Virus record (IMG/VR): IMGVR_UViG_3300042465_002836
Location: 1 to 58,220 of that record
Strand: one strand, 5' to 3'
DNA from: a virus
Lineage: Duplodnaviria; Caudoviricetes
Length of the DNA stretch: 58,220 bases
Numbering within the stretch: position 1 is the first letter of the stretch; each line of letters begins with the position of its first letter. Positions 1 to 9,943 of the stretch are shown in pieces. The notes beneath the pieces are model-generated. The model did not search any database. It had not been told where the DNA came from and worked only from the letters and a program-made list of their open reading frames with translations. The position numbers were made by a program, and so were the translations under genes.

Positions 1-127
1 AAGGGGAGTAGAGGACCATGGCTGTCAATCTTTCTGCCATTAAGGATCTTCTCCTGCCCGGCCTTCGCGGTGTCGAAGGCAAGTACGAGATGATCCCGTC
101 ACAGTACGACAAGATCTTCACCAAGCA
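1..127. repeat. Terminal direct repeat, identical to 58094-58220 (circular-assembly overlap)
   Basis: aaggggagtagaggaccatg...ttcaccaagca occurs at both ends; length is 127 bp. Confidence 0.95.
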
Positions 128-929
128 TGACTCGAAGATGGCCCTCGAACGTACCGCTGAAATGCGTTACCTCGGGCTGGCCCAGCTTAAGACCGAAGGT
201 GGTCAGACGGCTTTCGACAGCAACGCTGGTGAGCGTTTTGTCTATAACCAGGAACACACGGAAATCGCCCTTGGCTATGCGATCACTCGCAAGGCCATCG
301 ACGATAACCTGTACAAGACCCAGTTCCACCCGTCCAACCTCGGTCTGATTGAGTCTTTCCAGCAGACCAAGGAAATCTACGGGGCGAACCTCCTCAACAC
401 CGCGCAGACCTACAACGCTGCTATCGGTGGTGACGGCCAGGCGCTTTGCTCTTCCAACCATCCGATTGATGGTGGCGTTGTGGCAAACCAGCCCGCCGTC
501 CAGGTTGACCTGAATGAAGCCACGCTGCTGAATGCGATGATCGCAGTCCGCACGAACTTCAAGGACCAGGCTGGCCTAAAGGTGTTCGCACGGGCTCGCA
601 AGCTCATCGTTCCGCCGCAGCTTGAGCCGGTCGCTATTCGTCTGACAAAGACGGAACTGCGCCCCGGTTCTGCGGACAACGACGTGAATGCAATCATGAT
701 GACCGCAGGGGGCCTCCCCGAGGGTTACATGGTCAACGACTTCCTGACCTCGGCTAGCGCATACTTCTTGCTGACGAACATCGACGGCCTTTCCTACATG
801 GAACGGGTGAAGTTCGAGAGCGACATGCAAGTCGACTTTGTGACCGATAACCTGTTGGTTAAGGGTTACGAGCGTTACTCGTTTGGTTACTACAACTTCC
901 GTTCGATTTTCGGTTCGTTCCCGACCTGA
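18..929 (+). CDS. Major capsid protein (HK97-fold, Mu gpT-like group)
   Basis: 303 aa; N-term ...KDLLLPGL, LGYAITRKAIDDNLY, KLIVPPQLE, C-term YERYSFG; follows the scaffold and decoration genes; good RBS. Confidence 0.85.
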   Translation: MAVNLSAIKDLLLPGLRGVEGKYEMIPSQYDKIFTKHDSKMALERTAEMRYLGLAQLKTEGGQTAFDSNAGERFVYNQEHTEIALGYAITRKAIDDNLYKTQFHPSNLGLIESFQQTKEIYGANLLNTAQTYNAAIGGDGQALCSSNHPIDGGVVANQPAVQVDLNEATLLNAMIAVRTNFKDQAGLKVFARARKLIVPPQLEPVAIRLTKTELRPGSADNDVNAIMMTAGGLPEGYMVNDFLTSASAYFLLTNIDGLSYMERVKFESDMQVDFVTDNLLVKGYERYSFGYYNFRSIFGSFPT

Positions 930-943
930 TAATCGGCCCAGAT

Positions 944-965
944 CCCCGCCTCAAGAGGGGCGGGG
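944..965 (+). terminator. GC-rich hairpin after the capsid gene (no U tract; stabiliser or weak terminator)
   Basis: ccccgcctc-aaga-ggggcgggg. Confidence 0.5.
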
Positions 966-988
966 GTTCCACCTAAAGGAGCTTTAAA

Positions 989-1621
989 ATGGGTGCTACC
1001 CATTTCACCGGACCCGTAGTGTCGGAAGCTGGTTTCATCACCGGCTCCTCTGATGCTACTTCGGGTACATATGGCGGGGCGGGAACGCCTGCCTCTCCGA
1101 TTAATCTTGGGACCACGCCTGACCAGAAGATGGTCGCCAACTATGCTACGACGGCGGCGACTACTGGTGATACCCGGCTTGTGTACGACAAGCTCACCTT
1201 CACAGCGGCTGGTTCCGGCGAAACGCTCCGTGCGTTTTCTGCCGTCACGACTGGCACCGCTGCCGTAGGCGGGACTGTCAACGGCGCTCATATCTCTCTT
1301 GAGGTAAACGGTTCCGGCGCAATCTCGGGTGCAGGCAATGCTATTCGAGCCACCCTTGGCGGCTCGGCAGCTTCTCCCGGCGGCACTCTGGCGGCTATCC
1401 AACTGGATAGTGCCTTTGCTGCGGGCGTGACGCTTCCAGCGATCACGGCGTTCCTCCGCGTGACGGACACCAACACGACTAAGATCCCCAACCTTCTTAG
1501 TCTTCCGGCTCCGTCTGCGGGCACGATCTTCTCGACGAAAACATCTGCGGCTGTTTCGCACGTCATCAAGATCAACGCCGCAGGGACGACTTACTACATC
1601 ATGGTTTCTGACACCCTCTAA
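989..1621 (+). CDS. Putative minor virion/capsid-associated protein
   Basis: 210 aa, Thr/Ala/Gly-rich, N-term THFTGPV; directly after the capsid gene; aaggag RBS. Confidence 0.6.
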   Translation: MGATHFTGPVVSEAGFITGSSDATSGTYGGAGTPASPINLGTTPDQKMVANYATTAATTGDTRLVYDKLTFTAAGSGETLRAFSAVTTGTAAVGGTVNGAHISLEVNGSGAISGAGNAIRATLGGSAASPGGTLAAIQLDSAFAAGVTLPAITAFLRVTDTNTTKIPNLLSLPAPSAGTIFSTKTSAAVSHVIKINAAGTTYYIMVSDTL

Positions 1622-1645
1622 TAGCGGGCAAGGAAGAAGCTACCC

Positions 1646-1873
1646 ATGATCAGCAAGCCGTTTCTGATTGAGAAAAGAGCAAGCATCGTCAGCCAGCGCG
1701 ACAATGCGCTTGCGGTTTATCATCAAGCCGTTGGCGCATTGGCACTGGTTGATCACCTCATCGAGATGGCGGACCAAATTGAAAATGGGATGTCGCTCGA
1801 AACTTTCGCTGAAGCGATCAACGCCGATGGTGCTGAGATCGTCGATCTCAAACAAGTTACTCGAGGAGAATGA
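1646..1873 (+). CDS. Small helical hypothetical protein
   Basis: 75 aa, RBS, stop overlaps the next start. Confidence 0.6.
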   Translation: MISKPFLIEKRASIVSQRDNALAVYHQAVGALALVDHLIEMADQIENGMSLETFAEAINADGAEIVDLKQVTRGE

Positions 1874-2181
1874 CCATGAAGGGTCGTAAGAGCGGCGGGA
1901 TGGACTCTCCCGCCACTGGGGACAAGGAATACGCGCAGGATCTGGCCAGCAAGCCTAACCGTCGCAACAATGCCCCCAAGATCTTGAATGCTGCCGAGGA
2001 GCGCAAGCGCGGCGGCCGCACCAAGAAGAAGCACGTCATGGTGCCTGACGAGATGGGCAGCGCCCATGCGGGTCGCAAGCCGCGCAAGTCCGGTGGACGC
2101 GCTGGTTGCGACAGCAGCCCGTTCTCGTCCGCTCGGTCTGGTACGCCCGCCAAGGGCCGTAACACCGTCAGCATTGACTAA
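1870..2181 (+). CDS. Basic low-complexity GG-motif protein
   Basis: RKSGG, RKRGG, RKSGG motifs; gaggag RBS. Confidence 0.7.
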   Translation: MTMKGRKSGGMDSPATGDKEYAQDLASKPNRRNNAPKILNAAEERKRGGRTKKKHVMVPDEMGSAHAGRKPRKSGGRAGCDSSPFSSARSGTPAKGRNTVSID

Positions 2182-2189
2182 GATGGGTC

Positions 2190-2216
2190 GGGGGGCTTCG
2201 GCCCCCCTTCCTCTTT
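2190..2216 (+). terminator. Intrinsic terminator-like hairpin with cUUCGg tetraloop
   Basis: ggggggc-ttcg-gcccccc followed by ttcctcttt. Confidence 0.6.
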
Positions 2217-2228
2217 GTGGAGGCTTTC

Positions 2229-2498
2229 ATGTCTGGTGCCTGGACGCGCAAGGAAGGCAAGTCAGCTTCCGGCGGCCTAAACGACAAGGGTCGGGCCTCG
2301 TTGAAGGCTGAAGGCCACAACATCAAGCGCCCCGTTACTGCCGCAGAGGCAAAACATAGTCCCGAAGCAGCCTCAAGGCGTGATAACTTCAGGACCAGGA
2401 TGTGCGGCATGAAGGACAAGCTTACGTCCGCCAAGACCGCGCACGACCCGAACAGCCGCATCAATCTCGCCCTGAAGCGGTGGGATGTGAAATGCTAG
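2229..2498 (+). CDS. Small basic phage protein (DUF6321-like)
   Basis: AWTRKEGK..SGGLN.KGR...F..RM.GMK...DPNSRIN.AL.RW.C pattern; ggagg RBS. Confidence 0.7.
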   Translation: MSGAWTRKEGKSASGGLNDKGRASLKAEGHNIKRPVTAAEAKHSPEAASRRDNFRTRMCGMKDKLTSAKTAHDPNSRINLALKRWDVKC

Positions 2499-2509
2499 AG
2501 GATTGAACA

Positions 2510-3298
2510 ATGGCCGTTACCGCATGGTCCGTCACCCAGAACGGGCGATATGAGCCGTTTGAGCTTCAGGTGGCTCGCGGTCAGATTTCTTGGCACAACA
2601 GCCTCTTCAAGTTTGGCATTAATGGGGATGTCGGCACGTCCGCTGAGACAGTCTGGGCGCAGGGCGGCGTTTACGCCTACCCATCAGCCGCCTCTGTCAT
2701 GAAGATATCCAGCAGCAGCGCGGATGACGCTGCTGCCGGGACCGGCGCCCGGACAATTTCCATTTCTGGCCTCAATGGCAGTTACGCCGAAATCAGCGAA
2801 ACTGTGACCTTGAACGGCCAAACAGAAGTTAACACGGTGAATAGCTATCTGCGGATCAGCCGCATGTATGTTGTCACGGCTGGCAGTGGGGAAACTGCCG
2901 CCGGTACAATTTACGCAGGCACCGGAACAGTGACCTCTGGCGTTCCCGCGAATATCTACGGCATGGTTGCCATTGGCGCGAACCAAACGCAAATGGCCTT
3001 CTGGACCGTCCCTGCTGGGTACACGCTCTATTTGACCGGCATGTTCTTCACGTCGGGCAATACCACCGCAAATGCATACACTAATTTCCAGTTGATCCAG
3101 CGCCCCCTTGGCGGCGTCTTCTGCCAACAAAGCTCCAATAGGATGCCGGGCAATGGCTCGTTTGTTCTGGACCTTCACACGCCCCTGAGCTTCCCCGAGA
3201 AAACGGACTTGCAAGTTCGGGCCGTTACGTCTTCGGGGGCTGCAAGCGTCTCTGCGGAATTTGAAGGCATCTACATCAAGAACGATGCGGCGACCTAA
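2510..3298 (+). CDS. Putative virion structural protein (beta-rich)
   Basis: 262 aa; FELQVARG, KFG.N, SSSADD..GTGART, WTVPAGYT motifs; located in the virion block. Confidence 0.65.
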   Translation: MAVTAWSVTQNGRYEPFELQVARGQISWHNSLFKFGINGDVGTSAETVWAQGGVYAYPSAASVMKISSSSADDAAAGTGARTISISGLNGSYAEISETVTLNGQTEVNTVNSYLRISRMYVVTAGSGETAAGTIYAGTGTVTSGVPANIYGMVAIGANQTQMAFWTVPAGYTLYLTGMFFTSGNTTANAYTNFQLIQRPLGGVFCQQSSNRMPGNGSFVLDLHTPLSFPEKTDLQVRAVTSSGAASVSAEFEGIYIKNDAAT

Positions 3299-3300
3299 TC

Positions 3301-4011
3301 ATGACCAGCAGCGGCACATACACTTACAATCCCAGCCTGGGCGAACTGGTCCTGTATGCCTACAACGTGGCGGGGCTGCGGAGCACGTCGCTGGTGCAGG
3401 AGCATTTTGAGGCCGCCCGCATGGCGAGCAACTTGATGCTCTCAAGCTGGTCCAACCAAGGCGTCAACCTCTGGGCGGTAGATCTGGTGTCAGTGCCCTT
3501 GGTGCAGGGCCAGGCGTCCTATCCCGTGGAAGCAAACACCGTGGTGATCTTGGACGCCTATATGCGGATCACTGAGGGCCAGGAACAGCCGATTGACCGC
3601 ATCATCATGCCGGTCAGCCGCACAGAATACTCGGCCTATCCCAACAAGGATCAGCAAGGCTTCTCCACGACCTTCTGGTTTGACAGGCTGTTGAGCCCGA
3701 CTGTCACCCTGTGGCCCGTTCCAGACGGCGTCAGCGCCCAGTATCTGCAGTATTATCGCGTCACGCAGCTTCAGGATGCGGCTTTCTCCTCGCCCACTGC
3801 CGGTGGCGGGGTGACGGTCAACATTCCTTACTTGTGGATGGAGGCTTTCGCGGACGGCCTCGCCTATCGCCTGGCGAAGATCTGGAACCAAGCGGCGGCG
3901 GTGACGCTGAAGGCGGTTGCAGATGAAAGCTACAAGATCGCCGCAGACCAGAACATTGAAACGGCCAGCCAATACATCTCGCCGCAGATCTCAACCTACT
4001 ACCGCCTGTAA
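3301..4011 (+). CDS. Putative head-tail adaptor/neck protein
   Basis: 236 aa; N-term TSSGT, WSNQGVNLW, YSAYPNK, LWPVPD, GLAYRLA motifs. Confidence 0.65.
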   Translation: MTSSGTYTYNPSLGELVLYAYNVAGLRSTSLVQEHFEAARMASNLMLSSWSNQGVNLWAVDLVSVPLVQGQASYPVEANTVVILDAYMRITEGQEQPIDRIIMPVSRTEYSAYPNKDQQGFSTTFWFDRLLSPTVTLWPVPDGVSAQYLQYYRVTQLQDAAFSSPTAGGGVTVNIPYLWMEAFADGLAYRLAKIWNQAAAVTLKAVADESYKIAADQNIETASQYISPQISTYYRL

Positions 4012-4020
4012 GGGGGACGC

Positions 4021-4740
4021 ATGGGATACGGCTCACGGTCAGGTCGCGCCCGCACAAGCTCCGTTAATCCCCGGGCGCACGCAATATGCGACCGATGTGG
4101 GTTTCGCTATAACCATGACGATCTGCAATGGCAGTACGATTGGGCAGGGGCCTCCCTGATCAACCGAGGCATCTTGGTGTGCTCTCAGTGCATGGACGTG
4201 CCCCAGGAGCAGCTTCGGGCAATCATTGTGCCGGCAGACCCTGTGCCCGTCCTGAACCCCCGTATTGAGTACTTTGGCACATACTCATCCAACAACCGCC
4301 TGACCAACGGCACGCCTTCTGTAGACGCAGCCACAGGCCTCTCATCCCCCAGGGGCGATACCCGGATTACTGAGGATGACGCGACCCGCTCCACTCAGAT
4401 GACCGGCGCGGCGCCTGGCAGCCTCAACACGCTCCCAGGTACAGACCCGAACGCAGTCACATATCGCACTGTGACCAACGCTACAGACAATGGCTCGGGC
4501 CTGATCCGCCTGACTGTGGCAACGACAAACGGCATGATCACAAGCCAGAGAGTAACAGTTCAAGACGTTGGCGGCGTTACGGCGGCGTCCGGCAACTGGA
4601 CCATTACAGTTATCAACAACACGCAGATTGATCTTCAGTCTTCAGCGTTCTCTGGTACTTATACCTCTGGCGGATATGTGGTGAACAACCCCAGTCTGCC
4701 TTACAATTTCACTGAAGTGCCGAAGACGGGGACGCTCTAA
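4021..4740 (+). CDS. Zn-ribbon (CDRCG...CSQC) virion-block protein with a C-terminal FCCH-like beta domain
   Basis: Two CxxC motifs followed by a Thr-rich domain. Confidence 0.65.
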   Translation: MGYGSRSGRARTSSVNPRAHAICDRCGFRYNHDDLQWQYDWAGASLINRGILVCSQCMDVPQEQLRAIIVPADPVPVLNPRIEYFGTYSSNNRLTNGTPSVDAATGLSSPRGDTRITEDDATRSTQMTGAAPGSLNTLPGTDPNAVTYRTVTNATDNGSGLIRLTVATTNGMITSQRVTVQDVGGVTAASGNWTITVINNTQIDLQSSAFSGTYTSGGYVVNNPSLPYNFTEVPKTGTL

Positions 4741-7700
4741 TGGCGAATGTGCAAATTCCCAATCTCACCCCGGCAATCTCGCTGAACGGCACCGAGGAGC
4801 TTGAGGCTGTCCAGGCGTCATCTTCTGTACGGATTACTACGGCCCAGATCGCGTCCTACACCCAAGCGACCTATCCCGTCACCGGCATCACCAGCATCGC
4901 CACGGCAGCCCCAATTTCAGGCGGGACAATCACCTCAAGCGGGACAATCAGCCTTCAGACGGCAGGCGTGACCAACACCTATCTGGCGGCAATGTCTGCC
5001 GGAACGGTAAAAGCCAATGTCACCGGCAACGCGGCTAGCCCCACCGATGCGACCCCGAGCGCGGTTCTGGATATCATTGGCTCCTCGACGGGGTCGATGC
5101 TCTATCGAAGCCCCTCCGCATGGGCGCAACTAAGCCTTGGCTCGACTGACCAGATCCTGACCGTTAGCGGCGGCATCCCTGCTTGGGTGACCCAGATCCC
5201 TTCTGGCAGCATCCCGGCAACCGGCGTCACGGCGGGAGCCTATGGTTCTGCTACTCAGGTCGCGCAATTCACCGTCCTGGCATCGGGTCAAATCAGCGCC
5301 GCATCAAATGTTGCCATTGCCATCCCGTCATCTCAGGTAACGGGCCTTGGCACGATGGCGGTCCAGAATGCTTCTGCCGTGGCAATTACGGGCGGAACTA
5401 TCGCTGGCGTAGGTATCAATAGCTCGACGATTGGCGCTGGCACGCCCTCGACTGGCGCATTCACGACCCTGACCGCCAATTCCAGCCTTAGCGTCACCGG
5501 CACGTCTGTGCTTGGCACCGTGACCTCGGGGACATGGAACGGCACCGCCATTGCCGTGGCGAACGGCGGGACTGGGGATACGACCGCATCAGGGGCGCGG
5601 ACCAACCTTGGCGCGGCGGCCTCTGGAGCCAATAGCGACATAACCAGCCTGTCTGGCCTGACATCTGCCTTGTCTGCTCCGCAGGGCGGCACGGGCTTTA
5701 CCTCGTACACCACGGGCGATCTGCTGTACGCAAACAGCGCAACGTCCCTCGCCCGCCTTAACGACGAGGCTGTCGGCAACGCCCTGATCTCTGGCGGCGT
5801 CGGCGTAGCCCCGGCATGGGGCAAGATCGGCCTCACCACCCACGTCTCTGGCACCCTTGCAGTGGGTAATGGAGGCACGGGCGCCACGACCCTGACGGGC
5901 TACTTGGTGGGCAATGGGACAAGCGCCGTCACCGCCGTGGCGACCATCCCCAACGCTGGCCTGACCAACAGTTCAATCACCATTGGCTCGACCTCAATTG
6001 CCCTTGGCGCAAGCTCACTGGTGCTGGCCGGTCTTACCACCGTCACGGTGACGCAAGACCCGACCACCAGCCTCCAGCTTGCTACCAAGCAGTATGTTGA
6101 TAACACCGTCTCAACGGTGTCCAACACGACCTATCACTTGGCGGTCACGTCCGCGACCACCGCAGCCCTGACGGCCACCTACAGCAATGGCACCGCAGGC
6201 GTCGGAGCCACCCTGACCAATGCAGGGGCGCAGGCGGCGTTCTCAATTGATAGCTATTCGCCAACCGCCACCAGTCGCGTTCTGATTAAGGACCAAGCCT
6301 CCGCGCTCCAGAACGGCATATACACTGTTACCACAGTGGGAACTGGCTCGACGAACTGGGTGCTGACCCGGGCCACTGACTTCGACACCCCGGGCACTGG
6401 GCCTAACTTTATCCAGACCGGCGCGGCGGTTTACATCAGTGATGGCACAATTAACGGCGCGACTTCGTGGCTGATGAACACGACCGGCACGATCACGGTC
6501 GGCACCACGGCGCTGAACTGGACGCAGATCTCATCGGCGGGCAACATTCAAGTCACCGCCCCGATCATCAAGACCGGCAACACCCTAAGCCTCGGCACCG
6601 TCACTGTTGCCAACGGCGGCACGGGCCTAACCTCCTATACGGCGTATGGCCTCTTGTACGCCCCCACCACCTCGTCTGTTGGCGACATCGCGCCCGGCAC
6701 GGTCAACTACCCCCTGGTGTCCACTGGCGCGTCCTCGGCTCCTGCCTACCAGCAGTTGAGCCTGACGGCTGGCGTCACGGGCATCCTGCCGGTGGCAAAC
6801 GGCGGCACCGGGACCAATGCAGCTTTCACGCTGGGGTCTGTCGTGTTTGCTGGGGCCTCGGGCAACTACGCGCAAGACAACGCCCAGTTCTTCTACGATG
6901 ACACGAACAACTACTTGGGCCTTGGCACGGCAGTCCCGAACACGCGCCTGACAATCATCTCGCCCACGCAGACAGTTGTTCCCGGCTCACTGCCTGCCGG
7001 TACTGACATCTTCATTGTGGGCGCTGATGGGGCTTTGACGCGCATCACGCAGGATGCCTACGGAACGGGCTTCTATCCGGCCTATACCGGGCGTGCAGCA
7101 CGCGGCACAGCAGCCTCCCCTACGGCCAGCCAAACCAACGATGACTTGGCGCAGTTCACTGGTCGCGGGTACGGCGCTAGCGCGTTCGGGCCCAACTCGA
7201 CCGGCATCCTTGCCTTCCACGCAGCCGAGAATTTCACCAACACGGCTCAAGGCACCTACGCCTCAATCCTGCTGGCGGCGACCGGCGCGACAACTGCCGT
7301 TGAAAGGTGGCGTTTTGGCCCTGCTGGTCAGCTTGGCATCGGCGGCGGCACCTTTGGCACCTCTGGCTATGTCCTGACCTCTGGCGGGGCCTCTGCGGCC
7401 CCCACATGGTCCCAGGTCAGTTTGTCTACGGGCGTCACGGGCGTCCTCCCCGTAGCCAATGGGGGCACCAACCTCTCATCTTACACGACCGGCGATCTGG
7501 TTTACGCCTCTGGCGCGACCACGCTGGCGGGCCTTGCGGACGTTGCCACGGGCAATGCCCTGATCTCTGGCGGCGTCGGAGTTGCCCCCAGCTACGGCAA
7601 GATTGGCCTTACGACCCATGTCTCAGGCACGCTGCCCATTGCCAACGGCGGCACGGCCCTCACAACCACGCCCACCAACGGCCAACTTCTGATCGGCAAC

Positions 7701-8939
7701 GGTACGGCCTACGCCCTTGCGGCCCTGACGCAGGGCACCGCGATCACGATCACTAATGGTTCCGGCTCCATCACGATTGATAACGCAGGCGTGACGGCGT
7801 TCTCGACCGGCACCACGGGCCTGTCTGTTAACGCCTCGACCGGCTCCCTGACGCTCTCAGGCACCCTGGTCGCGGCAAACGGCGGCACGGGCTTGACCAG
7901 CTATGCCGTGGGCGATCTGCTTTACGCCAGCACGACCTCTGCCTTGAGCAAGCTGGCTGATGTTGCCACCGGCAATGCGCTGATTTCTGGCGGCGTCGGG
8001 GTTGCGCCGTCATACGGCAAGATCGGCCTGACCACGCACATCACAGGCACCCTGCCAGTGGCGAACGGCGGCACCAACATCACCAGCTACACGACCGGCG
8101 ATGTTCTGTACGCATCAGCATCTGGCACGCTCTCTTCTCTGGCCGATGTCGCCACGGGCAATGCAATCATCTCTGGTGGCGTTGGCGTGGCCCCGTCCTA
8201 TGGCAAGATTGGCCTTACGACACATGTCAGCGGGACGCTAGCAGCAACTAACGGCGGCACTGGCTTCGCATCTTATGCAGTCGGCGATCTGCTTTATGCC
8301 AGCACTACAACGGCTCTCAGCAGGCTGGCAGATGTCGCCACCGGCAGCGTTCTGTTGTCGGGCGGCGTTGGCGTGGCCCCGGCATGGGGTCAGGTCAGCC
8401 TCACCGCTGCAGTGACCGGCGTCCTTCCCGCAGCAAACGGCGGCACGGGCGTTGCAAACTCCAGCACCATCACGCTGGGCGGCAACCTGACGCTCTCTGG
8501 TGCGTTTACCACCACGGTAACAGTTTCGGCCAACACAACAGTCACGCTTCCCACAACGGGAACGCTTGCCACGCTGGCGGGCACTGAAACCCTGACGAAC
8601 AAGCGCGTCACGCCTCGGGCAACCACTTCTGGCACGACCTCTGGCAACCAGACACCCACGGGCGACAGCAGCGACCAATACATCATGACGGGCCTGACCG
8701 GCGCGATCACGATGCTGGCCCCGTCTGGCACGCCTACCAACGGCCAGAAACTGGTCCTGCGCTTCCTTGACAACGGCACTGGTCGCGGCATCACATGGAC
8801 CACGTCAGCGGGCGGCTATCGCGCCCTCGGAACGACGCTTCCGACAACGACTGTAGCCAATAAGACCATCTATGTGGGCTGCATCTACAACTCGACATCA
8901 GTCTTCTGGGATGTCGTTGCCGTGACACAGCAGGCATAG
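4740..8939 (+). CDS. Long tail fibre
   Basis: 1399 aa, Thr/Gly/Ala-rich; many GTLPVANGGTG repeats; ATKQYVD and RVLIKDQ...QNGIY...LTRATD fibre motifs. Confidence 0.85.
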   Translation: MANVQIPNLTPAISLNGTEELEAVQASSSVRITTAQIASYTQATYPVTGITSIATAAPISGGTITSSGTISLQTAGVTNTYLAAMSAGTVKANVTGNAASPTDATPSAVLDIIGSSTGSMLYRSPSAWAQLSLGSTDQILTVSGGIPAWVTQIPSGSIPATGVTAGAYGSATQVAQFTVLASGQISAASNVAIAIPSSQVTGLGTMAVQNASAVAITGGTIAGVGINSSTIGAGTPSTGAFTTLTANSSLSVTGTSVLGTVTSGTWNGTAIAVANGGTGDTTASGARTNLGAAASGANSDITSLSGLTSALSAPQGGTGFTSYTTGDLLYANSATSLARLNDEAVGNALISGGVGVAPAWGKIGLTTHVSGTLAVGNGGTGATTLTGYLVGNGTSAVTAVATIPNAGLTNSSITIGSTSIALGASSLVLAGLTTVTVTQDPTTSLQLATKQYVDNTVSTVSNTTYHLAVTSATTAALTATYSNGTAGVGATLTNAGAQAAFSIDSYSPTATSRVLIKDQASALQNGIYTVTTVGTGSTNWVLTRATDFDTPGTGPNFIQTGAAVYISDGTINGATSWLMNTTGTITVGTTALNWTQISSAGNIQVTAPIIKTGNTLSLGTVTVANGGTGLTSYTAYGLLYAPTTSSVGDIAPGTVNYPLVSTGASSAPAYQQLSLTAGVTGILPVANGGTGTNAAFTLGSVVFAGASGNYAQDNAQFFYDDTNNYLGLGTAVPNTRLTIISPTQTVVPGSLPAGTDIFIVGADGALTRITQDAYGTGFYPAYTGRAARGTAASPTASQTNDDLAQFTGRGYGASAFGPNSTGILAFHAAENFTNTAQGTYASILLAATGATTAVERWRFGPAGQLGIGGGTFGTSGYVLTSGGASAAPTWSQVSLSTGVTGVLPVANGGTNLSSYTTGDLVYASGATTLAGLADVATGNALISGGVGVAPSYGKIGLTTHVSGTLPIANGGTALTTTPTNGQLLIGNGTAYALAALTQGTAITITNGSGSITIDNAGVTAFSTGTTGLSVNASTGSLTLSGTLVAANGGTGLTSYAVGDLLYASTTSALSKLADVATGNALISGGVGVAPSYGKIGLTTHITGTLPVANGGTNITSYTTGDVLYASASGTLSSLADVATGNAIISGGVGVAPSYGKIGLTTHVSGTLAATNGGTGFASYAVGDLLYASTTTALSRLADVATGSVLLSGGVGVAPAWGQVSLTAAVTGVLPAANGGTGVANSSTITLGGNLTLSGAFTTTVTVSANTTVTLPTTGTLATLAGTETLTNKRVTPRATTSGTTSGNQTPTGDSSDQYIMTGLTGAITMLAPSGTPTNGQKLVLRFLDNGTGRGITWTTSAGGYRALGTTLPTTTVANKTIYVGCIYNSTSVFWDVVAVTQQA

Positions 8940-8947
8940 GTGATCTG

Positions 8948-9934
8948 ATGCCCACCATCATCTTCACCACCACGGGCGCAAGCACTTGGACGGTCCCTGC
9001 TGACTGGAATGACGCAGGGAGCACGATCCGTGTCATCGGCGCTGGTGCAGGCGGCGGTCGTGGCTCAGGAACGGCTTCTCGCGGCGGCGGCGGTGGTGGA
9101 GCGTACTCATCAGTTTCCGCCATTGGCATCACTGCGGGAGCCACGGTATACCTGTCAATCGGCGCTGGTGGCGCTGGTGGCGTATCAGGAAGCACTAACG
9201 GCGGCACTGGCGGCGACACTTGGCTTAACAAGACCGCCAATTCAGCCCCGACCCTTGCTACTGACGGCGCTCTTGCAAAGGGCGGTGTCGGCGCGACATC
9301 AACAACTGGCGGCGCTGGTGGATCTTCTGCTTCCGGCGTAGGAAGCACAAAGTATTCCGGCGGTACTGGCGGCGCTGGCGTAACCCAATCTTTCAATGGC
9401 GGCCCGGGTGGCGGTTCAGCGGCGGATGATACTGGCAACGGGTCCACTGGCGGCGCCCCAGCAAACGCCACACAAAGCGGCGGCGGCGGCGGTGCCGGTA
9501 CTGGTGGCGCGGGCAACATTGGCACTAGCGGCGGTGGAGCGGGTGGCGCTGGTGGCCTTAGCTATTCAGGCGGCGCTGGCGGTACTGGCGGCACTGCATT
9601 TGGAGGCACTGGCGGTACTGGAGCAAACGGTGCGGGCGGTGGCGGCGGCGGCGGCGCTGTTGGAGGTGCTGCGGGGACTGGCGGCCCCGGCGGCGCTGGC
9701 ACTGAATACACAATCACCGCAGGCGGCACCGCTGGTTCTGGTGGCGGCGGTGGCGGTGGCGGCGGCGCAAACACTAGCTTAGGCGGAACTTTTGGTAGCG
9801 GCGCTGCGGGCGGTTTGTACGGCGGTGGCGGCGGGTCCACTGGCGGCACCGGCACAAGCGGTGGCGCTGGCGCTCAGGGCGTAATCATCATCACTTACAC
9901 CCCGGCAACCAGTAACTTCTTCATGCTGTTCTAG
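8948..9934 (+). CDS. Glycine-rich fibre tip/adhesin (polyglycine II-type)
   Basis: 328 aa; WTVPA, GAGAGGG, GGGGGAY, GAQGVIIITY; C-term FFMLF. Confidence 0.75.
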   Translation: MPTIIFTTTGASTWTVPADWNDAGSTIRVIGAGAGGGRGSGTASRGGGGGGAYSSVSAIGITAGATVYLSIGAGGAGGVSGSTNGGTGGDTWLNKTANSAPTLATDGALAKGGVGATSTTGGAGGSSASGVGSTKYSGGTGGAGVTQSFNGGPGGGSAADDTGNGSTGGAPANATQSGGGGGAGTGGAGNIGTSGGGAGGAGGLSYSGGAGGTGGTAFGGTGGTGANGAGGGGGGGAVGGAAGTGGPGGAGTEYTITAGGTAGSGGGGGGGGGANTSLGGTFGSGAAGGLYGGGGGSTGGTGTSGGAGAQGVIIITYTPATSNFFMLF

Positions 9935-9943
9935 GAGCCAACC

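Noticed and set aside
8948-9934. Gly runs of the adhesin and NGGT fibre repeats as part of the GG-motif system
   Set aside because: These are compositional or structural glycine repeats lacking the basic/aromatic upstream context and the domain-boundary placement
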